DNA of 64,000 nucleotides, taken from Macrostomum hystrix (lineage: Eukaryota > Animalia > Platyhelminthes). Shown here piece after piece: positions 46,830 to 58,714 of this stretch. A program made the position numbers and the translations under genes. How positions within the stretch are numbered: position 1 is the first letter of the stretch; the number at the start of each line of letters is the position of its first letter. Location of the stretch: assembly GCA_950097015.1 (NCBI GenBank), contig CATNEN010000041.1:1612001-1676000 (forward strand), written 5' to 3'. The notes below the pieces were generated by a model that was not told where the DNA came from, ran no database searches, and was given only the letters and a program-made list of their open reading frames with translations.

Positions 46830-49800
46830 TCAGCTGGCTCCCTCGCCCGTGGCGATTCCGTGCCCGGCCAGGAAGGCCCGGGTGTCCGCCATCTCCTGCT
46901 CGAACATTTCGCGCTGGGCGCGGCTCTGCGTTGCCTTCGCCTTGGCGGCGCAGTCAGCGATGGCCGCCCGAGCGCCGGGCACATTCAGCAGCACAGGCAG
47001 GTGGCGGTCACCGCCGCAGGTGACAAGGAACTGCGACCTGGGGTGGAACAGAAGGCGGGACACGCCGCCGCCGTGGTGCAGCCCGATGAACTGCGCCAGC
47101 TGACTGGCGTCCAGGCAGCTGTAGACGGTCACTGAGGCGCCTGTTGCTATGGCAACGCATCTGGCGAGGGCACAGATTGTAAGTTACATTAGCCCGGATA
47201 GATCCGATTTGGAAGAAACGAAAGTAACGAATTCGCTATTTAGGCGTTTAACTAAGACCAAAATAACGTACATTTATAGTAACGAGAATATTTAAAATCG
47301 TTTGTCATTTGTCAAACAAAACAGCCCAAATCCGATAACTTTGTGACTAATGGAAGAAACAAAATTCGCTACTTCGGTAAGCAAATTCAGAAACTAAATC
47401 CGCTTTCCTGAGAATAACGGAAGAAAAAGCAAATATTTTTTTATTGACACGCTTACGCACCTGGCGTCTGGCGACAGGGCGATGCGGCAGGCGCCGTCGC
47501 GCCGATAGCGGCCCGTGACAAGCAGCTTTGGATCCTCGCCCAGCTTGTAGCGGACGCCAATGTTCCACAGCTTCCAGGTGGTGTCCTTGCTGGCCGTGGC
47601 CATCCTGGTGGAGTCCGCACTGAACGCCAGGCCGTCAACCTGGGCATTGTGGCCCTTCAGCTCGAAGGCCCGAGCAGGCGGGCCGGTCAGGCCCGAGCCC
47701 GACTTGTCCAGCGTCACCTCCCACACCTGGCGAGTGGAACAGGGGCCTATGCGACTGGGAAGGCGGCAGTGTCCCAATCCTGATTAGGAATGGGATCATC
47801 GTGTGTGGGAATGGGATCATCCTGTGTGGGAATGGGATCATCCTGTGTGGGAATGGGATCATCCTGTGTGGGAATGGGATCATCGTGTGTGGGAATGGGA
47901 TCATCCTGTGTGGGAATGGGATCATCCTGTGTGGGAATGGGATCATCGTGTGTGGGAATGGGATCATCGTGTGTGGGAATGGGATCATCGTGTGTGGGAA
48001 TGGGATCATCGTGTGTGGGAATGGGATCATCGTGTGTGGGAATGGGATCATCCTTTGTGGGAACGGGATCATCCTGTGTGGGAACGGGATCATCCTGTGT
48101 GGGAATGGGATCATCCTGTGTGGGAATGGGATAATTCTTTGTAAGAATGGGATCATCCTGTGTGGGAACGGGATCATCCTGTGTGGGAATGGGATTATCC
48201 AAGGAGATAATCCTAGGTGGGAATGTGATTGAGCCAGGTAGGAATGGGCAGGCTTTAGCCAGAGGAGCAGTTCCAGCATGAATTGAGGGATCTGCTGATT
48301 GGGTCAAGGGGATGAAATCCAGGCCAGAAGTTGAAGCCGCTAAAACTCACCTTGACGTCGGGCGTGAAGCCGCAGCTGGCAACGAAGCGGCCGCAGGGAC
48401 TGACAGCGGCCATGCAGTTGGTCATGTGGCAGGTGTCGATGGTGGCCAGGTGGTCACCGCGCCGGCTCCACAGCTTAATGCGCGTGTCCGAGTAGCAGGT
48501 CATGAGGAAGCCGCCGGTGGAGGCCACGCCAACCGACAGCAGCTCGGCTGGGTCGCCCGGATCCTGGTGCTGGAACTCGGACAGGTGCGTCACCGACAGT
48601 TGCGACTTGCGCCCGGCATCCTCAGCTGAGCGGGCCAGCTTGTACACGGCCAGGCTGCGGCTGTTGTACAGGTTCACTATGAAGGCCTTCGAGTCTGGGC
48701 TGAAGGCCACCCGGCTGCCGTGGTCCAGCTGCAGTGGAACCTTCACGCTGGTCACCGCCTTGCGCACCGACCAGTCTTTGGTGAACCACAGGAAGCAGGA
48801 CCGGTCTGGGTGGGTGGGCAGGTGGTCGCGTGCGCTGACTGACCTTGAGCACATTCACTACAGGCTGAGAAGATTCCTTTTCACTATAGACTGGGCAGAT
48901 TCCGCCCACTACAGACTGGGCAGATACCACTCACTTAAGACTGGGCAGATACCACTTACTACAGACTGGGCAGATACCACTCACAGTGGGCCGATTCAAC
49001 ATCTAAATAAAGACTATGTGGATAGATTCCATTCCAGGTTGGCACAACCTGATTGTGATTGGCACAAAATAAGCATTGAAATCCTGCAGAGAAACTCACC
49101 ATCATCGCAGCTAATAAGGTATTTGCCATTTGGACTGAAGTCAATATCCAGCACATTGCCTGTATGGCCTTTCAATGTACAGGCAAGCCACTCATGTGAG
49201 AACTGTGGTGCCTTCAAATCTTTCTTTGCCACCGGCTTAGACTTTGGGGTTGGCTGCGGTACTACAAGTTAAAATAACAAATGAGAAGATAATATATTTT
49301 AATTTTTTGTAAAAGGGATGCAAAAATGCAACTACTTTAATTTTAGTTACAAAATACCAGACATTCCATTCCATTTTCAAAATGGATATGCCATTTTAAA
49401 ATAGCTAAAAAAATTATAACAAGCTAGGAGCAATAAATTTCTGAAATAAATAAATAGACATTAAATTAGAGTATAAGATTTGCTAAGCAGGTCTTTTATC
49501 ATCAGAGACATCTAAAATAAATATTATGTAATGGATTCTCTTATAAACACAGAATTCTCCTAAAATATGTTAATACATACAAAACACATATTTAATACTA
49601 TAATACACTTATATTCAGCAAATCATATATTATACTATATTTTATTACACAATGCTATAGTTTAATACTATAATAAATATAGCCGTTTCATTAGAAGGAT
49701 GCACAAAATATGAATAGTTTTATTTTAGCAATATAATACTAGACATTCACTTCTGTTTTTAATATATATAAGCCATTGTAAAATAAGTACAAATTTAACA

Positions 49801-50637
49801 CATTACTACTAGGTAAAGTTTCTGCCCAATTTCAACTAATACTTTAATAGAAGATTTTACAACTAGCAAATTAAAATAACTGAGCAAGAAACTGTGGTAT
49901 AAATTGTGAATAGCTAGCAGCAAAAAACAAATCCCAATTTTAAAAAAGGTTTTGTTTTGTTCAAGGTTATTAAAATATTGCTGTTAAAAACATAAAGTTC
50001 TGTGTTGTTCTGAAAGAAAAATTGTTTTAAAAATGTGTTGCTCTTAACTTTTTTCACACCCTTACAGTAATGGGTCATGGCCATATACAAATCAACAACA
50101 ACAATTGGCTCAATATTTACATCTTTATACGTCACTAGTACATATGTGATATGTCTTATGATATATAATATAATAGATGACAGATATATGATAAATATAG
50201 ATATCATATAGATAATATCATATAGATATATCTTCTGTTATATCACTATCATGATATAGACAACAGGAATGATACTATATGCTTTTAAGGGGAGTTAAAG
50301 TGAGCAATACTAAATTGGGCTTATCAAAGGGAATAGAATATATTGAGTACACAAAATATCATATATAAAAAATTAAATATGAATATAGATTTGAATGGCT
50401 TCCTAAATCAAATACCACTACTCGAATATACAATAATTACTGCCAATCAATAAACTTACCAGACTTGTTACTCTGTTTTCCATTCTTTTCCTGGAAATCA
50501 GACTTTTCCCCTGTTGTAAGGGTGATGCTGGTTTTCTTTCGACTGCTTTGAAAGAAATATAGCAGCATAAAAATTACAATACCCATTACACCAATAAGTA
50601 CAGCAGAAAGAGCATCGCTTTCCTGGGCAGTTTCCAT
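46830..50637 (-). CDS. TBL2: Transducin beta-like protein 2 (N-terminal TM anchor plus WD40 repeats), about 463 aa; exons 50637-50460, 49261-49100, 48805-48351, 47726-47461, 47160-46830
   Basis: N-terminal hydrophobic anchor, then [49 protein letters not shown]|[38 protein letters not shown] and a C-terminal helical tail. The exon sum of 1392 nt is divisible by 3. Confidence 0.93.
47786..48195. repeat. 21-bp minisatellite, about 19 copies, TBL2 intron 3
   Basis: Unit GGGAATGGGATCATC(C/G)TGTGT. Confidence 0.96.
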
Positions 50638-51716
50638 TTTTTATTTTAAAAAATATTTGGAATTGCTACTAATTAATGTAAGGTATGCTTCGATATGTTA
50701 AATAGCGAAGGAGGGACTGAAAATACAAAAAATGGTCACTAAACAGTTTATATCGAAGAACGAAATAGCTAATTGTATGTTAACGAACAACACAAGCAGA
50801 AGGCCAAACTTCAAGTTAGAACTTTGACTCACACATCGTCGCCGGCATGAGGTACTTGTTTCGTCGTAGCAAAAAGTTAAATTGCCACAGCTTGTGAAAT
50901 ATTTCTATTTTATATTATTAACATTAAAGCCATGCGCTAATTAGATGTCAGAAACTATTTCAGACAAAATTATAAAAAGTGACATAAACCTTTGAATAAA
51001 ATTATTTATTTTGTTGTAATCATTAATTAATTAAATTTAAAGTATTCCGCAAGAACTCTTATTCTTTAAAAGGGTTAAATATACCGTTTCTTCCTAGACA
51101 GAGCGACGGTAAAACACAAATGCCTTTTTAGTACATTTAGTACTCGTCTGAAAAATTTTTTATCTACATATTCTCCTTACTTTCAGTGGATCCATAATAA
51201 AAATACAAAATTTACAATTATAATTACTCATAAATTTTCGAATATTAAATAGCTACTAAATATTTTTTTCAATTTCATTATTTTCTTTTCATAAAACTAA
51301 AATGTATATTGTTCTAGTGCCAATAGTACTTAACTGTTCAACGTACCGAATATACAAAAATAAATTAACGACACAAAAACCACGCAGTATTTACATAGGA
51401 TATTTACAAACTCGAAATAAATCGCAAAAAGCACACAACGTTGCCACGACAAGAATCAGCTCATCGGGTGCGATTGTATTTTAAATAGTTTTATTAATAA
51501 CATAAAGACATTAAATGGACGAGAGGCGGCTGTACAGAGAAACATGCGTTTTCATTTCAACTGATGACCACCGAAATGGCTGGTATTAAAAACTAAATGG
51601 GCGAGCAACACATCAAGAGAAATTATGACTAAGACAAGACAACACTCCGCAGCACTGCTTACTAGTAGGAATTTCTTTATCAATAAAAACAGGAACTAGG
51701 CGAAAGCCAGCGTCAC

Positions 51717-54700
51717 CTAGTCGTACATGTCCTGATCCGAGCCGGACATCCGGGCGTCCTCCTTTTCTTCCATCTCCGCGCGCCGATCGTCATCCAACTG
51801 AGGAAAAAAATCTGGTGGCACGTCCTGAAGCTGGACGGAGGGCGCGTGGCTCAACTGTTTGAGATTGTCGTGCACCACCATGCGGATAGAGTCCAGGTAG
51901 GTCTTCGTGTTCATGTTCTCCTGCTTGGTGCTGAGGTCCGGGTGCAGCACAAAGTCAGGCGAGAAGAAGTCGATATATTCGGAGAACGGCAGATCCGGCG
52001 CCATTTCGTCCTCGCGGTCCAGCAGGCAGGCGGTCTCGTAGGTCCAGCAGCGGGCCACGTTGCGCACAGTATAGCCGCCGCCGCCCAGCACCAGGGTGGG
52101 CACACCGAAGCTCTTGACGAAGCGCACGCACTCTCCGTGGCCGCGAATGCTGAGATTGAACACACCCAGCCTGTCGCAACCAAGGGAGTCCGCGCCGCAC
52201 TGCAGAACCACCACCGAGGGCCGGTAGAAGCTGAACACGTCCTGCACAACCGGCTTGAAGATTGAGGCGTATAGTTCGTCGTCGATGCCCTCCTTCAGCG
52301 GCACGTTGACGCTGTACAGGCGGCCAGCGTCGACGCCGATTTCGTACATGTCGCCGGTGCCAGGGAAGAACAGGTTGCCGTACTTATGGAATGACACGGT
52401 CATGACCCGGTCGGTCAGGTAGAAAGCCTCCTGCACTCCGTCGCCGTGGTGAATGTCGATGTCGATGTAGAGAACGCGGGGATGGTATTTTAGCAGCTCC
52501 AGGATGCCCAGAACAATGTCGTTGATGTAGCAGAAGCCGGAGGCTTCGTACTTCTTCGCGTGGTGCAGGCCGCCGGACCAGTTGATGGCGAATTCGCATT
52601 GCTAGGTGGTAAGCAGTGGAGCTTTGAGAGTCAGACTCATTCATGCCTACTGTTAGTAGGCTGACTCAGTCAGGTTGTCAGACTCATTCATGCCTACTGT
52701 TAGTAGGCTGACTCAGTCAGGTTGTCAGACTCATTCATGCCTACTGTTAGTAGGCTGACTCAGTCAGGTTGTCAGACTCATTCATGCCTACTGTTAGTAG
52801 GCTGACTCAGTCAGGTTGTCAGACTCATTCATGCCTACTGTTAGTAGGCTGACTCAGTCAGGTTGTCAGACTCAGTCAGGTTGTCAGACTCAGTCAGGTT
52901 GTCAGACTCAGTCAGGTTGTCAGACTCATTCATGCCTACTGTTTGTAGTCTTCTTCAGTCAGGTTTTCACTCACCTTGTTGTTAATCAGCTGCGCGCCCT
53001 GTATCGATGCACCAGTGTAAGCCGAGCAGAAGTCGAAAATGCCGTCGAACACGGGACTGCGGGCAGCAGGATCGGCGGGATCATCTCCATAAAGGGAGTG
53101 AAAAGGCACAAATGTTTTTAGTAAAAAAACTAATTGGCACTCACCAGTCGTCGCCAACGTTGAACATGCTGGTGACCTCCTTGGCCACGCTGCCGATGGT
53201 CTGCGGAGAAACGCTCTCCAAAAAATGCACATAGTCCTCCGTGTGGAACAGAGCCATGTCGTGCGAGGTGGCGCAATACGGAACATAGTACTGAAAGTAG
53301 CAGGTTTGGTGAGAATGCCAACAACAATAAATATGGACACTAAGCTGGGAGCCATATCATAACAATATTCGAACAGATGAACATCTCATGCAATATTATA
53401 ACTGAGCTACTCCCATCTCAACCTGAGCTAGTCCCATCTCAACCTGAGCTAGTTCCATCTCAACATGAGCTAGTTCCATCTCAACCTGAGCTAGTTCCAT
53501 CTCAACCTGAGCTAGTTCCATCTCAACATGAGCTAGTTACATCTCAACCTGAGCTAGTTCCATCTCAACCTGAGCTAGTCCCATCTCAACATGAGCTAGT
53601 TCCATCTCAACCTGAGCTAGTCCCATCTCAACATGAGCTAGTTCCATCTCAACATGAGCTAGTTCCATCTCAACATGAGCTAGTTCCATCTCAACCTGAG
53701 CTAGTTCCATCTCAACCTGAGCTAGTTCCATCTCAACCTGAGCTAGTTCCATCTCAACCTGAGCTACTCCCATCTCAACCTGAGCTAGTTCCATCTCAAC
53801 ATGAGCTACTCCCATCTCAACCTGAGCTAGTTCCATCTCAACATGAGCTAGTCCCATCTCAACCTGAGCAGGAGCCAACTAAGCTGGAGCTAGACAGCTG
53901 TTAACCTTCAATAATGCTTCATTTGACGTGTCTACAAAAACTGAGGAACACAAAAGAGCAAGTCATGTCACTCACATCCATGGCATCAATGAGGCCATAG
54001 TTGACAATCAGGCTGTGTGTCAGACTCAGCCGGTGTGGCTTCATAGGGTGACCTGGCCCTGTATGGTCAGTGTGATACACTATAGATATTATTTAATTAG
54101 ATGAGTACATCTATTCATGTATTAACAGACCCTGCACATAGATACATTAGATACAATATTGTCCATTGGTCAATAGATTACTATGGACAATTATTTGTTG
54201 CATACAGAACATTTGAAGCTACTAAGTATCATTGTTTAAACAAAGAACTAACATGAGCATTTCTCTCACATGCATGAGCTACATTTAAATGTCTAAAAAT
54301 GAGTACACTCTTTTTGTCACCAATACAAAACTGACAAGTGCCTTAATAAAATACAGAAAGCACAAAGCAAAATTTTCTACTTTTTATGCAAAAGGCAGAA
54401 AGCAAGAATATATGCCAGAATAAAATATATGCCAGAATATTTGTATCTTGTACACATGGCCCTAAACATATTTCATTATTATAGTTAAACCAACTACAAT
54501 AAATATTGAATCCCCACTTCCAGAACTAAAATAATCATGTAAAACTTGATTAACATTTATTTTAAATAGTGCCTATTTTAATTATTGAATAACTATAATA
54601 GTATTTAGCTTCATCAGTTCAGTTAGCATGTCAGACAGTTGATTGTTAGCTATATAAGTTACAGATGACCCACAAAATTTGAAAATAAAAATTCTAAGCT

Positions 54701-55444
54701 ACTAATAGTTCTTAGGCAGTGCTTATTGGCATGGTCCTATGCAAACCCTATTGGAATAAATAACATTTTGTGGATATGCGTCTATTGTATTTTTCAATTA
54801 GCCTGTTGCACTTTAATGATCACATCAGCTTTTTTCACATAGCTTTTTCTGATATGTGCAATTGTAAGTTGATATTTGTTACACATCTTGTTAAAACTAG
54901 TGGTCTTGTCACACACTTGAGACCACTTATTGCAAGTTGACTCATTTTTAGATTTCCAAAAGGGCCTGCAAATAGTGCCAACTTTATCCACATGGATCTA
55001 TGCCAATAATATCTACCTTAAAGTAAGCACTATTTCACAGGGACTATACTGACCAATAAACACTACTTATGCTAACAAAATAAATATATATATTGGTCTA
55101 GCTTTTAAAAAGTCATTTAAGTATTTAAAATGCATAGACGAATGGCTTTATAGGCTATAAATAAAAACACACTAACATTATTAATAGATTTTTTCATGGT
55201 CACAATGGTACATTTTAAAGGTAAACTAAAAAGCCAAATGCAGGTTCAATCAAAACTTACTTGAAACTTTACTTAAAATATTAATGAAAACCATTCTAGC
55301 ATCAAACCAATTAAACTCACACAATAAAAGTTAATTTGTTGATTAGCCTATAGAGCCATGTCGAGCTAAAGCATGCTTACCATAGTGATAGTTTCCAACT
55401 GCTGGGTTATGAAGATATGCCACTAGTTTCGAATTCTTTGGCAT
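51717..55444 (-). CDS. HDAC3: Histone deacetylase 3, about 419 aa; exons 55444-55381, 54058-53976, 53290-53145, 53056-52975, 52601-51717
   Basis: Motifs [82 protein letters not shown] and [18 protein letters not shown]. All catalytic motifs are intact and HDAC3-type. The exon sum is 1260 nt. Confidence 0.96.
52631..52940. repeat. 47-bp minisatellite (5 full copies plus 18-bp truncated units) in HDAC3 intron 4
   Basis: Period 47 (TCAGACTCAT at 52631, 52678, ...). The unit contains the inverted repeat GCCTACT-GTT-AGTAGGC. Confidence 0.95.
53404..53868. repeat. 21-bp minisatellite, about 22 copies, HDAC3 intron 2
   Basis: Unit CCATCTCAAC(C/A)TGAGCTAGTT. Confidence 0.96.
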
Positions 55445-56311
55445 ACTGCTGGTGTGAGCTAAGTGCAAATGACTTTTTGCACTAGTGATTTTAGATTTCT
55501 AAAATTCTTAATCAAATTCTTAAACAAGCAGTTTATTAGGAGAAGTCTCAGCAAATTTAAGTGTACATGGTAGCTAAGATAGACAGACAGACAGCCAGTT
55601 GAAGTGTACGAAAAAATGAAGAATGCGTGTCAATTTTTTATTATCAATAGTATATTGTTTGGTAACTGTGCGATGTTTAACAAAAAGCTTCGAATCGTTA
55701 GTCAGCGCGTCCACTGATTTCTATAAAACAAAAGAAACTCTTTTTGGAAAATGTTGCGCTTAAACTTGGTCTGTATTTTTAAGTAGTTAAGCAAAATTGC
55801 AGTAAAAATCTAAATTATTTTAATAATAAAGTTTTACATGGTTCCTAAAACTAAATAACTTATTGTATTTAGTAATTATAAGCTTTCTATATTTACCTGA
55901 AGATAAAAAATTCAATGCGCATGGAAAATCACGAAAAAAATATGGCAAAGAAAATAGCAACGACCACTTAAATGACTAACGACCATTGTCATTGGCATGA
56001 GTTAAAAAGCAAAAGACCCACCATGGGCTAATATACCGTGGGAAAAAATAGATGTCCTTGTGGGGTGCCAATCTAGGTTTTAAAACAGGGTTTCTAAAAT
56101 ATATTCGGCAAAACCGTTCAGTGTTTTGGGCCTCCCAGCTGTAGACAACAATAGCAAGGTTTTTCATTTTCAAAAACTTAGAACGTATTTTTAACCACAC
56201 CAGAAGAAGATAATAATTATGCCTTTTGTTAAAAGTGAATGGTGGTGGCAGCAGAAACAAAGCAGAAACATCACTGCGGAGTTGATTCGCACCTAGTAAT
56301 TATAGATTAAC

Positions 56312-56680
56312 ACTCTGAGTGGCAGAGCGGATAACGCGTTTGCTTCTCACAACGAGGTCCCTGAGCTCGATTCCGCGGCGAGTCCACATTCATTTGTGAA
56401 GCGTCCGCCGAGAAGGCTTTGGCTTGTCGAGCAATCTACGCCCTTAAAGGCCAACCTCCAAGGTTACAGTGAAAGTGTACAATGCTTAACAATGAGAAAT
56501 TCGGAGCAGATGTACACACCTGCGTGAGTGCGTGCTTGCGTACAGTATATGTGTGTGTGTGGTGCTCAGGATTCTGCGAAATGGGCTTAATTGCCTCCAC
56601 GCTGGCTGCGTGACTATATAGTGACACCAAATGATGCGCCTGCCGCCCTGCTGAAATTATTGTTTTTATTATTAGTAAAA
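56312..56680 (+). mobile_element. Degenerate tRNA-derived element, probable SINE (tRNA-like head about 56312-56386)
   Basis: A-box-like TGGCAGAGCGG (56320-56330) and B-box-like GCTCGATTCC (56365-56374) at tRNA spacing, with broken stems. A body with a (TG)n tract and an AT-rich tail follows. Confidence 0.45.
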
Positions 56681-57806
56681 CGATTATTAAAAACGCATTT
56701 TCGTTCATTCTAACCTGAAAAGAATGAAATCGGTTTTCGGGATTGTTTAAGTAAATTAAAATCCAAGAACTTGTACTGGTACTTTGCGATGACGTCACAC
56801 TCGTACGTATAACAAACAGATCACTAATATTGAAAGAGTTAAAAGGCTCCCAGTTTATGACCATCTTTTCGTCAAAAAAACAAGACTGATTACTCGTACA
56901 CGAAGGAATTTTTTAATTATACTTTTTTCAACACTGTCGAGACGATAATGAGGAAGCCTCCAAAGCCACAAGCCTCCTATTGTTCACAAGTTTGCGGTGA
57001 ATTGTGAACAACAGATAAATTTCAGAGCGGTATTCCCAATCCCACGAAGAATATACTCGCAATTACCAATATGGAATGAAACCCAGGGCCATTCATTTTA
57101 CGGCTCGGAATTCTTGTTGAATATTAAGTTGAATAAAATATAAAGCTGAAGGTTTGCAAAAAAAACATTCTAAAACGTTTTTAACTTTTTTTCTAAACGG
57201 CAACAGAAAACAGTTGTGTAAAAACGAAGCAGAGTCAAAAGCAAAAAGGTGCGCTTCCGCGGGTCACCGATAGATAGGTCTGCCCGCTTCTCTGGCTCCA
57301 AGCGCACCGCAAGCTCACCAGCTCTACAAATATACGAGTAAATAATCGCCTCTGGCATTAGCCAATCGATACACTGCTGGGTTAGACCAGTTTTGTTGGG
57401 TAACGCATCGAGCAGTGAGTTCGTCAACGTTGCTGGAGTACAGGTGCGACTCAAGTGCCTGTCCCACTGCCAGCTGAAGGGCTGCCTGCTGGCTTTGTTC
57501 ATTCCCAGCTCGCGCTGGGAATCTATTGACCAATTGACCAATGTCAGCTGCTGCTGCTGGTGAACGACGCGTCCCAGGGCCTGGGGCCGGCCGGGACTCA
57601 CGTGCAGAGACTTCTGCGCTCCGAGGCTGACGCGACGCTGTGGACAAGGCGCTAACTTCAGAGAGCTGCTTATATAGCTCGTAGATGATGCAGAACATTT
57701 CCTACCTGAACAGCAGTAAGTGGCTTCTGAGATGACGTGTATTACGAGTAAAAATATGTTGCTTCCTCTTCAGCTCAGCTTACTTTCTGGGTATTCATTT
57801 CTCCAG

Positions 57807-58714
57807 ACAGCAGCACAGGAAGAACCGGTTCGATCCAGTTTGTTACAATCCCCTCGACCGGCTGTTTTCGGATCGAAGCCACGGGAGCCAGAGGTGGAAC
57901 CAACACCTACTTAGCTAGGGCAGGTGGCAATGGAGCCTTCATCTCAGTCGCCTTCATCCTGACTGCCGGCACCCAGCTGACTATCGTCGTCGGGCAGGCC
58001 GGCGGCTCGCCAAAAAACATTTATTCTGGAGGAGGCGGCGGTGGAGGCACCTTCGTGTGCAAGACAACGAATAATTTTCTGCTTAATTGCAGCTGGTGCA
58101 GGCGGTGCTAGGACATACGTTGAAACCGATAAGCCCGTGATGCATGGGATGTAATGGTAAGTATTTTGGCTCCAAGAAACTCTCTCAACAAAATTAAACA
58201 GCAGAACTATTGAAGGTCTGTCGGGAAAAGCTGGGATCAATGGCACAGGGTATCATCCTTATGGAGATCTCAGTGACTTCGGAGGAATCAATGGGCAGCC
58301 TGGCTTCCTCAATACTAGCGCTGCCTCCACCACCACAACTACGGCGGCTGCGGTGCCGGCTGGCTGGGCAAGCCCCTGAACTCCAGGCGAGGACCTGAAC
58401 CTGACGATGGCGACGAAGGCGGCGGTCTGGCCGAGGGCTGAGTCGCAGGCGCAGCTGGCAGCTCTAACACTGGCGATGGCGGTTTTGGCGGAGGGGGAGG
58501 TGGCGGAGTGACGAATCCCAAATTTTGAGCCGGCGGTGGCGGCGGTGGCTGTAACGGAGGCGGCGCTGACTTCTACACGAGCCCGGCAGGCGGCGGCGGC
58601 GGTTCCTTCTTCTCCGGTTGCGGCTTTCGCGGCACTACAGGGGGCAGCGCCCAGCAGCACGCCCCGAAGGTGCTGATTCGGCTTCTTGTGCCCCTTGGTG
58701 ACTCATGCAAATGA
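57807..58714 (+). pseudogene. Disabled gene for an ALK/LTK-type glycine-rich-domain protein (two exons, intron 58157-58201)
   Basis: It reads IQFVTIPSTGCFRIEATGARGG...GGNGAFISVAFILTAGTQLTIVVGQAGG...GGGGGGGTFV...LL/IAAGAGG, later GGCGAGW...GGFGGGGGG...AGGGGGSFF, which is the glycine-rich-domain signature. At least two frameshifts are needed (about 58086, about 58325), and there are in-frame TGAs at 58439 and 58526. Confidence 0.72.
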
